From positions 248,001 to 312,000 of the IMG/VR virus record IMGVR_UViG_3300032242_003291: a stretch of DNA of 64,000 nucleotides, one strand, 5' to 3'. Of this stretch, positions 9,201 through 20,344 are shown one piece after another. Numbering within the stretch: the first letter of the stretch is position 1; the number at the start of each line of letters is the position of its first letter. The notes under the pieces were generated by a model. The model made no database searches, was not told the DNA's origin, and saw nothing but the letters and a program-made list of their open reading frames with translations. The translations under genes and the position numbers were made by a program.

Positions 9201-12200
9201 CTATTAACTCTTTTAGTTTGTTTATTCTTTGATAGATAGAATCAATTATTTTTTGTTGTTCTTGTATTGAACCAATACCCAAACTAACCATCGCACCATA
9301 TTCTACGGATTTGTATCCGTCTTCATCAGTAAATACTAATTCGGGAACTATATTTTCAACTTGTTGAGCAATAACACCAATAGCATTACCTTGAAAGGCT
9401 TCAGGTACTTCAATATTTTTGTCATTTATAATTTTCGGATGATTATAATCCCAAACGAAACTAACTCCTTCTATTTGTTTTGTTTTGCCGTAAACATCAG
9501 ACAAAGGTTTAATATTATCTTTTAATCTTCTATCTGATGGAGGGCCTTGTGGTCCTTGAGGTCCTGTTGGTCCTTGAGCACCTTGGGCACCTTGTCCTCC
9601 CATACCACCCTGTGGTCCTGTAGGTCCTACGTTTCCTTGAGGTCCTGTGTATCCGTATGGTCCTTGTGGTCCTGTGGCACCTTGTGGTCCTGTGGCACCT
9701 TGAGGTCCTGTTGGTCCTCCAACACCTTGAGCACCTGTTGCTCCTCCACCACCCTGAGAACCTTGCGCACCTGTTGCTCCTCCACCACCTGTCGCTCCTT
9801 GAGCTCCTTGGAATCCTTGAGCACCTCCTGGTCCTCCTGGCCCTTGAGCACCTTGTGGACCACCTGGTCCTGTGGCACCCGTCGCACCTGCAGTTCCACT
9901 TGCTGCCCCTTGAGCTCCTTGAGCTCCTTGACCTCCAGTTCCACCTTGAGGTCCCGTAGGTCCTTGAGCACCTGTTGCTCCTCCTCCACCTGCGGTTCCT
10001 TGAGCTCCTTGAGCTCCAGTTGTGGCACTTGCAGCACCTTGAGCACCTGTTGGTCCCTGAGAACCTTGAGCACCTTGAGCACCTGTTGTTCCACCCTGAG
10101 CACCTTGAGCACCAGTACCTCCTTGAGCGCCTTGGGCACCTTGAGCACCTGTTGTTCCACCTTGTGCTCCTTGAGCTCCTGTGGCACCTTGAGGACCTAA
10201 TCCTCCTTGAGCCCCTGTGGCACCTTGAGCACCTGTTGAACCTTGAGCACCTTGAGCACCTGTTGAACCTTGAGCACCTTGTACACCACCTTGAGCTCCT
10301 TGAGCTCCTTGAGCACCTTGTGGACCTTGTGGGCCTTGAGCACCTTGAGTAAGTCCTTGAGCTCCTTGAGCACCTGTAGCTCCTTGAAAACCCTGAGCTC
10401 CTTGAGCTCCTGTTACCACACTTGCACTTCCTTGAGCTCCTTGGGCTCCTGTATTCCCTGTGGCTCCCTGAGCTCCAGTTGTCACACCTTGAGCCCCTTG
10501 TGCTCCCTGAGCTCCCGTATTTCCTGTAGCTCCTTGAGCCCCTGTATTAGCACCTTGTGCACCTTGAGCACCTGTTGAGCCTTGAGCCCCTGTATTACCT
10601 TGAGCCCCTGTGTTGGCACCTTGTGCACCTTGGGCACCTGTCGAACCTTGAGCACCTGTTGCCCCTTGAGCACCTGTCGCCCCTTGAGCACCTGTTGTAC
10701 CTATAGTACCTTGAGCCCCTGCTGAACCTTGAGCCCCTGTAGGACCTGTGTTACCTGGAGCTCCTGTTGCTCCTTGAGCACCTTGACCACCTTGTGCACC
10801 TGCGGAGCCTTGAGCACCTGCTATACCTGATGTGGGTCCAACCCAAACTCCTGTATTATCAATCATCTTAAGACCACCAACATATAAATTACCTGTTACT
10901 GAAGTTCCACTTGAAACCATAGTATCTGTAATTGTTGATGAACTTGTGTTAGTTGAAGATGAAAAAACAATTTGACCATTTTGTACATCTATTGCCATCA
11001 AATTTGTTCCGTCATTAAACAACGCGTAAGGGTCAGTAATAGTTCCTTTACCTTGTGGATATATAATTACATTAGCCATTAATTCAATTTATTTTCTAAG
11101 TCTTTTAATTGTTCTTCGATGTCTTCAATAAATACTTGTTGTTCTTTTATACCTTCAACTAAAACCGCATTTAATTTAGCATACTCAACTTTATAATATC
11201 CATCTTCCGTAGTTTGTATTACTTCAGGGTAATATTCTCTAACGTTTTGTGCAATTAATCCAATTGAGTGTAATCTATCTTGTTTTTGATAATAAACGTA
11301 TTGACTTGGATTTAATTTTTCGTTCCAATCAAATTCAACAACATCAAACTTCAATATAGATTTCAATGTATCAGGAATTGTTTCAATTCCTTGTTTTAAT
11401 CTTCTATCTGAACAAAATCCCTGTGCAGACCAATAACTTCGATTATCTAAGTAACCGTAAACACCACAGATTTTAACGTAATTATTTTCAATTCCTGTAC
11501 CCGAGTTATTAAATGTTTGACATGCATAGTACGTAGGATATAAAAGTCCATATCCTCTTGATGAAATATTACATGCATAGTCATTTCCAAAAACTAAACC
11601 ACCATTACCATAATAACAAGCATAGCTTATAGAAGGTCCCCATTCGATACTAAGACTATAACAAGTTTGATATGCTGATGGACCTGTCGGACCTGCTGGA
11701 CCTGATGGGCCTTGAGCTCCTTGCGCTCCTTGATAACCAGTAGGTCCTGTATATCCGTATGGTCCTGGAGGGCCGTAGGGTCCTGTTGGTCCTTGTGGCC
11801 CTGTTGGTCCTGTTGGTCCTGTACCACCTTGAGGTCCTTGTGGTCCAGTACCTCCCTGTGCCCCTGTTGCACCTCCACCACCTTGTGACCCTTGTGCACC
11901 TGTCGCACCTTGTGGGCCTGTTGGACCTGTCGGTCCCGTGGCTCCTTGTGCTCCTGTGGCACCACCTCCTCCTGTGCTACCTTGAGCTCCTTGAGCTCCT
12001 GTTGGACCTCCTGGACCTGTTGGACCTGTGGGTCCACGAGAACCTTGACCTCCTGGTGCTCCTGTTGAACCTTGTGGTCCCGCCGCGCCTCCACCTCCTT
12101 GAGCTCCTTGAGCTCCTTGTCCTCCTTGTGCTCCTGTATTACCTGTGGCTCCTTGTGGACCTCTTGTTCCTGTAGCACCTGGTGAACCTTGAGCTCCTGT

Positions 12201-13150
12201 GGCACCTCCCGCTCCTTGTGGACCAACATTACCCGTATTTCCTTGTGCACCTTGGTTCCCTGTACCACCCGTAGCACCTGTTGGACCTCTAAAACCTACA
12301 GCTCCTTGTGCCCCTGTTGGTCCTACTGGACCTTGAGCACCTTGTGGTCCTGTGGCTCCTTGTGCCCCTGTATTACCTTGAGCCCCTTGTGGACCTTGAG
12401 CACCTTGTGGGCCTGAAGCTCCTTGTGCACCTGTAGGTCCTTGTGCCCCTGTACTACCTTGAGCCCCTTGTGGTCCTACAAAACCTGTATTACCTTGTGC
12501 ACCTATATTACCTTGAGCTCCTTGTCCACCTGTTGGTCCACGTGAACCTTGTGCTCCTTGTCCTCCTTGAGCTCCTGTATCCCCTCCCGTTCCTGTTGGA
12601 CCTACAGCACCTGTGGCACCTCCCAAACCTTGTGAACCATTTGCTCCCGTCGCACCTTGTGGTCCTGGTGCACCTGTTTTTTTTATGATTAAGTTGTAGT
12701 TATTACCAATAGTTAGAGAACCAACAAAAGAATCATTAGTAAGTATAGCATAAAATGTACCAAAATCAGTTACACTTGTAATTAAAGTATTTATCCAACC
12801 ATTAGTACCATCAGTATATGTAAGTGAATCACCAACATAAGGTAAAGCTAATGTATTTCCATTAAAATCAGTTTTGTTTACATTTGCTCTTTTTGCTAAT
12901 GATTTATATAATTGTCCTGCGTCATTCGAAAAAGCATATTGATACGGGTTTGTATTACCTGCATAACCTTGAGCCCCTTGACCTCCTTGCGACCCTGTAT
13001 TACCTGTGCTACCTTGGGAGCCTGTTGCACCTTGAGCACCTGTATTACCTTGAGCACCTGTATTACCTTGAGCCCCTTGTCCTCCTTGTGCTCCTGTTGT
13101 ACCAACAGCTCCTTGAGCTCCTGTTGTACCTTGTGTACCTTGCGGTCCTT
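7700..13150. repeat. collagen-coding 9-bp-period repeats (e.g. CCTTGAGCA/CCTTGAGCT)
   Basis: hundreds of GAQ/GPT/GPQ triplets across the three fibre genes; locally high GC. Confidence 0.9.
9193..11079 (-). CDS. collagen-like tail fibre/spike with peptidase S74 chaperone
   Basis: Gly-X-Y tract then [10 protein letters not shown]...[13 protein letters not shown]. Confidence 0.85.
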   Translation of the reverse strand: MANVIIYPQGKGTITDPYALFNDGTNLMAIDVQNGQIVFSSSTNTSSSTITDTMVSSGTSVTGNLYVGGLKMIDNTGVWVGPTSGIAGAQGSAGAQGGQGAQGATGAPGNTGPTGAQGSAGAQGTIGTTGAQGATGAQGATGAQGSTGAQGAQGANTGAQGNTGAQGSTGAQGAQGANTGAQGATGNTGAQGAQGAQGVTTGAQGATGNTGAQGAQGSASVVTGAQGAQGFQGATGAQGAQGLTQGAQGPQGPQGAQGAQGAQGGVQGAQGSTGAQGAQGSTGAQGATGAQGGLGPQGATGAQGAQGGTTGAQGAQGAQGGTGAQGAQGGTTGAQGAQGSQGPTGAQGAASATTGAQGAQGTAGGGGATGAQGPTGPQGGTGGQGAQGAQGAASGTAGATGATGPGGPQGAQGPGGPGGAQGFQGAQGATGGGGATGAQGSQGGGGATGAQGVGGPTGPQGATGPQGATGPQGPYGYTGPQGNVGPTGPQGGMGGQGAQGAQGPTGPQGPQGPPSDRRLKDNIKPLSDVYGKTKQIEGVSFVWDYNHPKIINDKNIEVPEAFQGNAIGVIAQQVENIVPELVFTDEDGYKSVEYGAMVSLGIGSIQEQQKIIDSIYQRINKLKELIGG

Positions 13151-14150
13151 TATATCCAACACATTTACCTACACAACTTGTATATGCATATCCTGTTGGA
13201 CAAGTGTATCCTGATGAAATATATATTCCATTTACGTTTTGAACAACTTCTGCACTTGTTTTACCACTTGATGATGAAATAATATTCAATTGGGAAACAC
13301 TTGTAGCTGCCGTTAATTGGGCTAATGTATTATCATAAACTTCATATCCAAAACCTTGGATTGAACCTTCGTTCAGTCCATAAAGTTCTAAAGTATGATT
13401 TCCCCCAGACAAAGTAATTGGATAGACGTTCCAATATTTGAATGTATTAGGACTTCCTGAAGTTGAAGGGGTATATGTATTTACAACATCTGTTGAATCT
13501 AATCTAAGTCTGTATTCGTTGTCCGCACCAACACCAATATAGTAGGTTTTACCAGCAGTTATTCCTGACAAACATGTAGAATAACCATACCAATAATAAT
13601 CTTGTACTGTTGAACCTGATTTACCAGACCTATTTAATGGTCCGTCAAGTCCACTTGGTTGAGTTCTTCTCCAAACACCAGCATTTAATGACGTTGCTTG
13701 AACAGTACCAGAACCATCAGTGGCATATCCTGAAGCGAAAAATCTTGTTCCAAAATCACTATATTCAATAGCGGCCGTATTTGTTAATGAAACCGTAAAG
13801 GCTGGTGGTGTTGGGTCTATAATGTTACCTGTGTATCCTTGTGCACCTGCAGCACCTTGTGCACCTGAAATATTTGTGGTTGGTCCAACCCAACTTGATG
13901 TTGCGTTTATGACTTGAGTTCCGTTAACTCCAAAGTAACCTGTGACATTTAATGAACTACCAATTGATATAATTGCGTTACTTGGCTGAATTGATAATAC
14001 ACTACTTTGTGTGGTCGAACTAAATTGTACTGTCGCACCTGATAAAACTTGTAAAGTAAGAGTTCCTGTATTAGTAAAATTGATGTAAGGTATACGTGTT
14101 GCCAACCTTGATACCGCATTACTCGGATAGATTATTATATTTTTAGCCAT
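11079..14150 (-). CDS. collagen-like tail fibre with inserted globular domains and peptidase S74 chaperone
   Basis: Gly-X-Y tracts interrupted by a ~220 aa beta-rich domain and a ~90 aa insert; Cys/Tyr-rich tip; [10 protein letters not shown]...IGLIAQNV. Confidence 0.85.
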   Translation of the reverse strand: MAKNIIIYPSNAVSRLATRIPYINFTNTGTLTLQVLSGATVQFSSTTQSSVLSIQPSNAIISIGSSLNVTGYFGVNGTQVINATSSWVGPTTNISGAQGAAGAQGYTGNIIDPTPPAFTVSLTNTAAIEYSDFGTRFFASGYATDGSGTVQATSLNAGVWRRTQPSGLDGPLNRSGKSGSTVQDYYWYGYSTCLSGITAGKTYYIGVGADNEYRLRLDSTDVVNTYTPSTSGSPNTFKYWNVYPITLSGGNHTLELYGLNEGSIQGFGYEVYDNTLAQLTAATSVSQLNIISSSSGKTSAEVVQNVNGIYISSGYTCPTGYAYTSCVGKCVGYKGPQGTQGTTGAQGAVGTTGAQGGQGAQGNTGAQGNTGAQGATGSQGSTGNTGSQGGQGAQGYAGNTNPYQYAFSNDAGQLYKSLAKRANVNKTDFNGNTLALPYVGDSLTYTDGTNGWINTLITSVTDFGTFYAILTNDSFVGSLTIGNNYNLIIKKTGAPGPQGATGANGSQGLGGATGAVGPTGTGGDTGAQGGQGAQGSRGPTGGQGAQGNIGAQGNTGFVGPQGAQGSTGAQGPTGAQGASGPQGAQGPQGAQGNTGAQGATGPQGAQGPVGPTGAQGAVGFRGPTGATGGTGNQGAQGNTGNVGPQGAGGATGAQGSPGATGTRGPQGATGNTGAQGGQGAQGAQGGGGAAGPQGSTGAPGGQGSRGPTGPTGPGGPTGAQGAQGSTGGGGATGAQGATGPTGPTGPQGATGAQGSQGGGGATGAQGGTGPQGPQGGTGPTGPTGPQGPTGPYGPPGPYGYTGPTGYQGAQGAQGPSGPAGPTGPSAYQTCYSLSIEWGPSISYACYYGNGGLVFGNDYACNISSRGYGLLYPTYYACQTFNNSGTGIENNYVKICGVYGYLDNRSYWSAQGFCSDRRLKQGIETIPDTLKSILKFDVVEFDWNEKLNPSQYVYYQKQDRLHSIGLIAQNVREYYPEVIQTTEDGYYKVEYAKLNAVLVEGIKEQQVFIEDIEEQLKDLENKLN

Positions 14151-14170
14151 GAACTAGTTTTCTATTATCC

Positions 14171-14178
14171 TATAAATA
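14171..14178 (-). promoter_or_regulatory. TATTTATA putative late promoter of the fibre operon
   Basis: about 20 nt upstream of ATG 14150. Confidence 0.6.
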
Positions 14179-14267
14179 CAACGAAATTTATTATTAGTGG
14201 AATATTTCATTCCTTTTTATTTTTAATTTTACTATAATTTAGCCTACAATAAACACATATTAATATT

Positions 14268-15005
14268 ATGACAATAAAGAAACCTTGTAGTAGAATTTTT
14301 TTAGTGAACTTATTTGCAGACTTTATATTATCAAAAATCCCTATTACTGAAAACTCAATTATAAATGTAGTAGACTGCAAAAACTTTTTTGTTGTGAAAG
14401 GAAAAACTTCATCAAAAGATTTATTAAATTTATCTGAAATTATCACAGAATTTTCGAGTAAGTTTTCAAATTATATTATAGAAAATAAAATTACACATAC
14501 AATTGATTTAATCGAATACGACCAAGAATTAAATCCATACAAAAATTCAACTTTTACATATTACAATAGTGACAATTGTTCTTACCATTACGAACAAATC
14601 AGTGCGTACAAACAAAAAGAATCATCATATGAGTATATTCATTTTCTAAATGAAATTAATGATGAGGAATTTATTACACAATCAGAATTCCCACATGGGT
14701 ACTCATTGGGACAAGGGAGATTATTATATTACTATGGTAAACATATAATGTATAATATTCCTTCAAATTATCCCGTTACTTATTTAACTTTCAATTTATC
14801 AACTGAAAAGAATGAGGATGGTGAACAATTATTTTCTATCGATAAAAATGAGGAATTAACTTCTGCAGTATTAGATGTTTTTGATTTTGATATGAGTTGG
14901 TTAGAAACAGAAATGAAAAAAGTGGATTGGTCTGTTGAACTTACCAACCCACTTCAGGATTATGATTTCTTAAAAAGAATTATTGACGGATTTATTATTA
15001 TATAA
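14268..15005 (+). CDS. degenerate S-adenosylmethionine synthetase (MetK)-like protein
   Basis: LVNLFADFIL...FFVVKGKTSS, LYYYGKHIMYNI and VLDVFDF align by eye with MetK N- and C-terminal motifs; GHPDK absent. Confidence 0.45.
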   Translation: MTIKKPCSRIFLVNLFADFILSKIPITENSIINVVDCKNFFVVKGKTSSKDLLNLSEIITEFSSKFSNYIIENKITHTIDLIEYDQELNPYKNSTFTYYNSDNCSYHYEQISAYKQKESSYEYIHFLNEINDEEFITQSEFPHGYSLGQGRLLYYYGKHIMYNIPSNYPVTYLTFNLSTEKNEDGEQLFSIDKNEELTSAVLDVFDFDMSWLETEMKKVDWSVELTNPLQDYDFLKRIIDGFIII

Positions 15006-15297
15006 TTCCAACCTTTTTTCTATGATTATTAATGATATCAACAGCTTCGGTTAATTCCATATAATCTCTATCAGGAGCATACAAGAATGATTCATAGGTT
15101 TCACCCTCACCTTCAATCACTAATAAAGCAGGTATCATATCATTTTCAGTTATTTTAGAATACGTATCATATTCTTTTTCATGTTCGTGAATATCTCTAT
15201 CAAAAAACTCAATTCCTTCTTTAACTAGCATTTCTTTGAATTGGTCACAAAAAGGACACCCTTTCATAGTATAGACAATAACGTTTAAGTCTTTCAT
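14998..15297 (-). CDS. glutaredoxin
   Basis: VYTMKGCPFC active site. Confidence 0.85.
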   Translation of the reverse strand: MKDLNVIVYTMKGCPFCDQFKEMLVKEGIEFFDRDIHEHEKEYDTYSKITENDMIPALLVIEGEGETYESFLYAPDRDYMELTEAVDIINNHRKKVGII

Positions 15298-15298
15298 A

Positions 15299-15622
15299 TT
15301 AATCTAATAAGTTTAGCACTTCTCCTGGAGTCATCACACCTGGTCTTGAAAAAACCTCTTTACCCTCTTTGAAGATTTTTATAGTTGGTACACTTCTAAT
15401 ACCTAATTCATTGACAACGAATTCTTTATCAGTATCGATATCGTATTTGTAGATATTGTATTTTGGAGCACTTGTTGATTCTTTAATTAAAGTTTCATTA
15501 ACCTTTGATAGGTTGTTTAACATTATTTTACAAGGTCCGCACCATGTCGCAAATAAATCTAATACAAAATCTTCCCCATTTTGCATTTTTTCTTTAAGTT
15601 GGTCTGTTGTTAGTTGTTGCAT
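15299..15622 (-). CDS. trxA: thioredoxin
   Basis: FATWCGPCK and GIRSVPT. Confidence 0.9.
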   Translation of the reverse strand: MQQLTTDQLKEKMQNGEDFVLDLFATWCGPCKIMLNNLSKVNETLIKESTSAPKYNIYKYDIDTDKEFVVNELGIRSVPTIKIFKEGKEVFSRPGVMTPGEVLNLLD

Positions 15623-15947
15623 TTTTATATTGTTTTAATAATTGTGATAAGAACATGTACAATTCTGTGTACTGTTTTACGTTATAATAAATAGTTAAAT
15701 TTGAAATTATGTCTGAATGTGGAACTACTCTGAATTTAACGAATAAATAAAAGTTTTGTTGGCTTTCAAAAATTACTTCTTCAAATTTTATAATACCACT
15801 TTCATTCATTGATGACTTTTCATAAACTCTCGTTAACTTTTTTTCGTTTAGATATTTCAAAAAATCCCCTTTTAATTCAGGTGCAACCATTACCGAGAAG
15901 ATTCCTTCATTTGATTCTATGTTTTTTATATATTCTGGTTTATCCAT
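15594..15947 (-). CDS. hypothetical protein
   Basis: 117 aa ORF coupled to neighbours. Confidence 0.65.
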   Translation of the reverse strand: MDKPEYIKNIESNEGIFSVMVAPELKGDFLKYLNEKKLTRVYEKSSMNESGIIKFEEVIFESQQNFYLFVKFRVVPHSDIISNLTIYYNVKQYTELYMFLSQLLKQYKNATTNNRPT

Positions 15948-17578
15948 TATAAAAAAATATTATTGAAAAATAATGATTGATTACTATCAATAGTTTTATG
16001 TGTCCATCTAAGATTTCCTTGTTCATCCCAATATGAATCCGACTTAAGGGTCGTACCATTATTACACTCTTTGGTTAACTTTACAGTATCAAATCTTTTG
16101 TCTCTTACACAAGATAATACTTGTTGGTCTAATTTCAATAGAACCGAAGTCCACACATCATCTAATTTTTGATTAAACTTACCTAAACTTTGAACTCTAT
16201 TAGCACTTACCAATGCTCCACTCATGTTCATCCTGTATTCAATAGTTGCCCTTTCATCACCTTTTTGTACAGAGATAATCAAAGAACCAGGTTTACCAAT
16301 ATAACCTTTAACACAATTAGATTGGAAATTACTCTCATCATTATAGTTTTTACTACTATCTAACAATGTTGGGTGGTAGACTTCGAATATTGGTTTAGAA
16401 ATTTTTTCATACATATATTCGGGATAGTGTCTACTATAAGTTCCCATCTTATAATGTTGTAATTTGTCACTCCAATCCAAATGTTCTTTTCTAAAATCTT
16501 CTTTACTCTCAACTGATTGCCACCTCAAATCACGTTCACCAAACATTTTCAATTCTGTATACATTCTGATATGGTCATGAAATGTATATGAATCTAAATT
16601 TTGATGAATGAAAACTTGTTTGAAAAGAATATATACTCTCCTCAATTCTTCTTTTGAAATGAGTTCAGAAAACAATCGAGGGTAATTAATTGAACCTAAA
16701 AGTGAGTTAGGTGAGTTTAATATATCTACAATAATATTTTCTTCGTCTTGGTTTAACCAATCATCTCCAAAAAGTTTTCTCGCCGCTTGATATAATTCAA
16801 TATTTAATTTATCACATGTATGTAATGCATGTTTAACTTTTTTTCCTGATAACTGATGTTTAATCATAATGGCATCAACTAATTTGTTACCATTCTTTTT
16901 CAGGATTTTTTTAATCTCAGGACCTACTAATTGACTCGGAAATATTTTGAAATTATTTGGGTACTTGTAATTTCTCTTATCAAGATAAAATCTGAATAGT
17001 CTATCCCCAAAATTTAGTGTTTCGAAATTTTGTCTTTGGTCTATTTGAAACATAAATTCAGAAAACGCAATTGATACTTCATCATAAGAATTTTCAGTAA
17101 ATCTTGTAAGAATGTTTTTAATTTTAGACTTGAGTGATTCAATAGGTTCTAAATAAAAAGCATTTCTCTTAACCGCCTTTACACATTTTTTCTTCCTTTG
17201 ATATCCACGGATATGACCGCTATACACATCACCAGTTTTAGTATTAACTGAAATATAATCTACATTCTTTTCAACTTTGAACCATAGCTTACCTTCCCCT
17301 CTATGCCTAAATCCTGTAAATAATTTAATTACAACCTTGTCTTCATTTTTTTCGACAACAATCATCACGTATTCTTTTGAAATGGAACACAATGGATTGA
17401 ATAGATTTTCAGTATAACACTCTTCGCCCTCAACATTACCATTATTTATAAACAACGGATGTTTTTCTGTCACATAAAAAATATTGTCATCATTATTTAA
17501 TGGAAATATTTTTGTTTGGTCTTTATACTTGACTGTATTGTATCTCTCAAAATTTTTCTTGTAGATTTCCTCTTTCAT
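15947..17578 (-). CDS. PcfJ-like domain protein
   Basis: C-terminal ESNFQSNCVKGY...RATIEY...QSLGKFN pattern; TATATTTG at 17584-17591. Confidence 0.7.
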   Translation of the reverse strand: MKEEIYKKNFERYNTVKYKDQTKIFPLNNDDNIFYVTEKHPLFINNGNVEGEECYTENLFNPLCSISKEYVMIVVEKNEDKVVIKLFTGFRHRGEGKLWFKVEKNVDYISVNTKTGDVYSGHIRGYQRKKKCVKAVKRNAFYLEPIESLKSKIKNILTRFTENSYDEVSIAFSEFMFQIDQRQNFETLNFGDRLFRFYLDKRNYKYPNNFKIFPSQLVGPEIKKILKKNGNKLVDAIMIKHQLSGKKVKHALHTCDKLNIELYQAARKLFGDDWLNQDEENIIVDILNSPNSLLGSINYPRLFSELISKEELRRVYILFKQVFIHQNLDSYTFHDHIRMYTELKMFGERDLRWQSVESKEDFRKEHLDWSDKLQHYKMGTYSRHYPEYMYEKISKPIFEVYHPTLLDSSKNYNDESNFQSNCVKGYIGKPGSLIISVQKGDERATIEYRMNMSGALVSANRVQSLGKFNQKLDDVWTSVLLKLDQQVLSCVRDKRFDTVKLTKECNNGTTLKSDSYWDEQGNLRWTHKTIDSNQSLFFNNIFL

Positions 17579-17602
17579 CACTGCAAATATAAGAAAATAA
17601 AA

Positions 17603-17624
17603 AAGGAGAACAAACGTTCTCCTT
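17603..17624 (-). terminator. intrinsic terminator
   Basis: AAGGAGAAC...GTTCTCCTT hairpin with A-run on plus (U-run on minus). Confidence 0.6.
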
Positions 17625-17627
17625 ATA

Positions 17628-17909
17628 TTAATTTAGACAAATTAGTCCGTATTTTGTTGTTATGAATATGTCTTTGATTTTCTTATCCAAGACAGGGTCT
17701 TTACCATTAATCTTAACACAAATCTCCATTAATTGAGTTTGAGTTAAACTAGCTTCTTCTCCTTTATCAAAGTTTTTTGAAGCTTGTTCACGAATTTTGA
17801 CATAAAATTCTTCTTCTTTATCTTTAGGTACCAAATTTAATAAATCATTTGGGTTCTCCCTGAAGAATTTTAAGATGTTATTCATGTATATGTCAACATC
17901 AACACTCAT
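17628..17909 (-). CDS. hypothetical protein
   Basis: 93 aa ORF. Confidence 0.7.
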   Translation of the reverse strand: MSVDVDIYMNNILKFFRENPNDLLNLVPKDKEEEFYVKIREQASKNFDKGEEASLTQTQLMEICVKINGKDPVLDKKIKDIFITTKYGLICLN

Positions 17910-17926
17910 AGATTAAATTTTTGAGA

Positions 17927-19240
17927 TTACTCTTGAAGGTCCCACATTCCTCCACCCATATCAGTACCTTTTGCTTTGATTGATTCAGGAACATTAACAT
18001 TATTACTTCCTTTTAAGTTTAAGAAGTATAAGTTTGGAATGTCCGCAATACATTCAGGAATTGATTTCAACTTAGGGTTATTAATTAACGCTAAGAATCT
18101 TAACTTAGGTAATGAACAAATTGCATCTGGTACACTTTCAATACAGTTATCCAAAAGAATCATATGTAAGTTTTTGAATCTTCCGATTTCCTGTGGAATA
18201 TTAATAGTGATATCACTCTTGTTATCTCTATTTTGAATTTGGAATTCTTGTAGAGTATCAGGTAAATTACCAATCAAATCATCTAAACCATAAAGAGCAA
18301 TGAATTTACCAATTGCACCATGACTGAAACTATCAATTATTAATTTTTCACCACCAACCGTAAGTCCTTTCGCAAATTCAGGTTTGAATAACTCTTTCAA
18401 CTCTTTCATTGGACCATTTAAGTATTGAACCAAATCAATCTGATGGTCATGAATATCCATGAATTGATTGGATGGGAAATGGAATTGATATCTTTCTTTT
18501 GGTAAACCTGATGGGTGAACGTTTGTATCAGTTGGTTTGTAAACCACATATAATGGACCATCCTTAATATATCTATCGAACCAATTCAAACCAGGTCCTG
18601 AAGTACACCATCTTGTTTCTTGTTGATTACCACCGTAAAAACATGCAGCTTCTTTTCCTAACGCACCTTTATCTTTGATTTCAACAACTCTCCACTCATC
18701 ACCATCATATAAAAGTTTTGAGCCAGGATGAACTGTTGCCGTTTTTCTTTCAGTTTTAGTTGTTGTTGCAAGAGTCAAATCAAAATCTTTAACCGCATCA
18801 AATAACTGACGAGGAGTTAATTTGTTAATATCTTTTTCACCTTTAATCTTATTCTTGAATCTATCGAATTTTGTAAGGTCCTCAGTTACTTTATATAAAT
18901 CCTCCATAAAAAGGTCCTTAACTTGCTTAACCTCTTTCTCATATCCATTATCACCAGGTTGTCTTTCTGTTGTTGGAGTTAAGTAATTTTTAATTAACCA
19001 TTGAACATACTTACCCACCTTGATTTTCTCAAGTTCTTTTGGGTCTTTACTATCAGGGTCAACGTTGTTCATTCTTGACGTTGGGTCAGCCTGAACTAAT
19101 GCCATGAACTCTTGTTTAGTCAGTTTTGGTTTAGTTTTATTCCCTTTTTTATCCTCACTAGGTTTTGTTAGTGCGTTGTATAAAACCTCAAACCTTGACT
19201 GTTCTGATATTATTGATTTAAGTATTGACGTAAATTTCAT
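17927..19240 (-). CDS. leader + WCT domain + C-terminal leucine-rich repeats
   Basis: MKFTSILKSIISEQ; AACFYGGNQQETRWCTS; LRR units IPQEIGRFKNLHMILL / VPDAICSLPKLRFLAL / IPECIADIPNLYFLNL. Confidence 0.75.
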   Translation of the reverse strand: MKFTSILKSIISEQSRFEVLYNALTKPSEDKKGNKTKPKLTKQEFMALVQADPTSRMNNVDPDSKDPKELEKIKVGKYVQWLIKNYLTPTTERQPGDNGYEKEVKQVKDLFMEDLYKVTEDLTKFDRFKNKIKGEKDINKLTPRQLFDAVKDFDLTLATTTKTERKTATVHPGSKLLYDGDEWRVVEIKDKGALGKEAACFYGGNQQETRWCTSGPGLNWFDRYIKDGPLYVVYKPTDTNVHPSGLPKERYQFHFPSNQFMDIHDHQIDLVQYLNGPMKELKELFKPEFAKGLTVGGEKLIIDSFSHGAIGKFIALYGLDDLIGNLPDTLQEFQIQNRDNKSDITINIPQEIGRFKNLHMILLDNCIESVPDAICSLPKLRFLALINNPKLKSIPECIADIPNLYFLNLKGSNNVNVPESIKAKGTDMGGGMWDLQE

Positions 19241-19283
19241 CTAAAAAGATTTAATTATAAATATATTGTGAGAGCAAAAATAA

Positions 19284-20123
19284 CTAATAATTCAATATCA
19301 ACAGCTCTTCACCCATATTTTGTTTGGTATTTTTTTTCGCAGAAGCTGCTTTAGCAAATTCTTTACGTTCCCAACGGTATAAATCTTCAGGAAACCAATC
19401 ATGTAATAGCGGAAAATCGTAATATGATAGACTGAATTTACCTTGAATACCTTGAAGGGTATTTGCAAGTCTTTCGTGGTCTTGTCGGTCAAAATCATGA
19501 TTAGAATAGTAATTCTCTGTTTTCCAATATGGTGGGTCTAAGTAGATGTATGTTGATTTTGAATCATATTTGTTTATTACATCCCCAAAATCCATATTCT
19601 CAACATCTGTAATCTTCAAAAAATGGTCAATCCAGTTAGGTTTACTTAACTTATCCCTGAAAGAAAGGTATTTGGACCTATATTTCCCCTTCAAATCTAT
19701 AAATGAAGATGTCTCAGGCTTACTACCTGAAAACACCTGTGTGAGGACATAAGCGTACTTAGCAGCCACTTCATAATCAGGATAATTGATTGTAAATCCA
19801 GAGCTGAATAATTCTTGTTGGAATGTATTAAATCTTTCTTTGTGTTCGGGCGGAGTAACATCAACTCCGATTTGTTGTACGGATATTGAATCTAACGCTC
19901 TTTGCAGTTCAGATGGATTCTGAACACACTTAAATAGATTATAATTTAATGGGTTAAAGTCATTATAAACAACTTTCTTAAGATTTGGGTACTGACTCAA
20001 ATTCATATTAAAGAAACACCAAAACATCCCTCCGAATGTTTCAACATATGTTTCCATGTCCTGTGGGTAATATGGAACTATCCATTTACCAATTTTTGAT
20101 TTTCCACCGATATAACTTAGCAT
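19284..20123 (-). CDS. DNA adenine methyltransferase, Dam/D12 class
   Basis: YIGGKS, YVETFGG, YLDPPY motifs. Confidence 0.9.
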   Translation of the reverse strand: MLSYIGGKSKIGKWIVPYYPQDMETYVETFGGMFWCFFNMNLSQYPNLKKVVYNDFNPLNYNLFKCVQNPSELQRALDSISVQQIGVDVTPPEHKERFNTFQQELFSSGFTINYPDYEVAAKYAYVLTQVFSGSKPETSSFIDLKGKYRSKYLSFRDKLSKPNWIDHFLKITDVENMDFGDVINKYDSKSTYIYLDPPYWKTENYYSNHDFDRQDHERLANTLQGIQGKFSLSYYDFPLLHDWFPEDLYRWERKEFAKAASAKKNTKQNMGEELLILNY

Positions 20124-20194
20124 ACTTCAATAATAAAACAAAATGTTGAAAAAGCAAATTTATTGTCGTATTATTTATAAATAAATCAATTACT

Positions 20195-20344
20195 ATGTCA
20201 GAAGAAAAAGAATGTAAAAAGTGTAAACAAAAAAATACGTCACCTAAACAACTATTGATGGCAATTGGAGGTTTTTATTTATTGTTTTCATCAATCTATG
20301 GAACCATCCAAATCGTTCACAACATCATCAACTTATTTAGATAG
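20195..20344 (+). CDS. small CxxC + transmembrane protein (49 aa), not in ORF track
   Basis: MSEEKECKKCKQKNTSPKQLLMAIGGFYLLFSSIYGTIQIVHNIINLFR*; TATTTAT at 20172-20178. Confidence 0.65.
   Translation: MSEEKECKKCKQKNTSPKQLLMAIGGFYLLFSSIYGTIQIVHNIINLFR

Noticed and set aside
7700-13150. Regular repeats as a possible CRISPR array
   Set aside because: 9-bp coding periodicity with no unique spacers and no cas genes
7576-13917. Many 60-220 aa alternative-frame and antisense ORFs (LKVLKE-, LEHLE-, STLS-rich)
   Set aside because: Shadows of the collagen codon repeats; no independent start signals
14998-15622. Thioredoxin/glutaredoxin as a disulfide-forming pathway for the Cys-rich virion proteins
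   Set aside because: CGPC and CPFC are typical reducing active sites and no Erv/DsbB-type oxidase is visible
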